From Rhizodiscina lignyota (Eukaryota), in NCBI GenBank assembly GCA_010015805.1, contig ML978121.1, positions 3,224,001-3,288,000 on the forward strand: 64,000 bases of DNA. The letters are read 5' to 3'. Made by a program: the position numbers and the translations under genes. Position 1 is the first letter of the stretch. The number at the start of each line of letters is the position of its first letter. The notes beneath the pieces were generated by a model. That model saw only the letters and a program-made list of their open reading frames with translations. It was not told the origin of the DNA and searched no databases. Below, piece by piece: positions 62,852 to 64,000 of the stretch.

Positions 62852-64000
62852 ATCGGAATTGTTAGTGTTCCTACGACTAAATAACGTCGTTGTCGTTGTC
62901 CACGACAGTGATCGGCCGAATACAGTGACTCGTGAGCCGCCGGTGGAATTTCTTCGTAGCCAGGGAAGGCTATTGAGTTCTTGATTCTGCTCTTGTTTGT
63001 CTTCACCATCAACTTCGGAGTGAAAAGGTCGTCCTGGCCTTTGCGTTGTCGGAACCACTTCTTTAACGCCTGCGATCCACGTTTAGTGTGAGACTCTTCA
63101 GGTTTCAGAACAAAGCAGAAGCCATATAGTCTAAGATAAGACGACTGAGGTGTACCTGTAGTTTAGAATAAACTCCATTGTCTCGCTCAGATGGAGGTCC
63201 CATTGTCTTTTGTCAAGAGAACCAAGCGTCTGTGGGTTTCTTGCCAACTCGGGTGGGCCACGTTGACATGTTGTTCTCGACTCATCTTGCTAGGGAGAAG
63301 ATGCAGGAGCTGGGAACAAGGGTGACGGCGAAGCTGCAGCACATGACGAGTGAATGGAGCAAACGAAGCAGTTGAACGATGTCGTTGGTCGTCAACCGAC
63401 TTCTTGGCACTGTCATTCACTGAGGACACAAAACCCAGCTCATCGAAACTCTTGAAACCAATATTGGCCTGGAAGCTCACCGGATCCACATATTTCTGCA
63501 GGCAATTACCACTCCGGGCCCACATTTTCGGTCGGCAAGTCGGTCTCTCATTGATCAAGTTAAGATGTAGATACTTGTGCAAGCAGCCGTTTGCGGCGAA
63601 ATTTAGACCTCGCAGTCACCGGTCAACCGAGTTCGGGCATTGCAGCTAGAATCCTAGTCGAAGGTTAACGCCAGCTACCACATGCACCAGTATTCATAGA
63701 GGGCTCCCCACCAACAGTCATCATACCTGTTCTGTGGCTGGCTGTCACGAAACACTTGACACTTGTCTCGGTTCAGTACATCTTTCGAGACGACCCGTCC
63801 TTCCCGAGAGCTTTTGAGCCGCAAGATACGGACCCTTGTTCTTTCTATTTCACTATTGACCTCCTAGATGGTCTGTTCAAAGCATGCTAAGCATATATGT
63901 GACATTGACTTCATGGTAATACTTTTATGGTCCAATCCTCCCTCAAGGATGTTTCACGATTGGCAATAGATACCGAGATGGAGCTCGACTTGGGAGTGTT

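Noticed and set aside
63187..63649. Short ORFs and candidate upstream exons for the kinase-HET gene
   Set aside because: The candidate ATG/donor combinations I tried do not match the phase of the acceptor near 63070, so the 5' end was left unresolved.
1..64000. tRNA, rRNA, CRISPR arrays, autonomous transposons, PKS/NRPS backbone genes
   Set aside because: None seen by eye. The sequence is eukaryotic, and the two P450s are 20 kb apart among housekeeping genes, so no secondary-metabolite cluster is supported.

Overview
A 64-kb gene-dense window of a filamentous ascomycete (Pezizomycotina-type) nuclear genome, with short GT-AG introns and CTRAY branch points. About 31 protein-coding genes can be supported. 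Housekeeping genes include VAC8, CSL4, TRM3, a RIB2/PUS9-type pseudouridine synthase, a kinesin-3, a LIM protein and a CAMK-group kinase. Metabolic and transport genes include two P450s, two SDRs, an HpcH aldolase, an EthD protein, a GNAT, a thioesterase, a GFA protein and two MFS transporters. Several secreted or lineage-specific genes are also present. The most striking structure is on the minus strand at 60457-61009. There a protein-kinase exon and a HET-domain region are joined by eight consecutive short introns separated by seven exons of exactly 3 nt (AAT, GAA, TAC, ATG, TTT, ACG, CCA = N-E-Y-M-F-T-P). Every one of those introns carries an in-frame stop. Other points of note: a three-exon secreted Cys-rich protein with a beta/gamma-crystallin-like pattern that the ORF track misses, a GH72 glucanosyltransferase with a receptor-like TM helix and cytoplasmic tail instead of a GPI signal, and a 143-bp TA-flanked MITE upstream of the CYP504-like gene. 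All exon structures were assembled by eye; no database searches were run.
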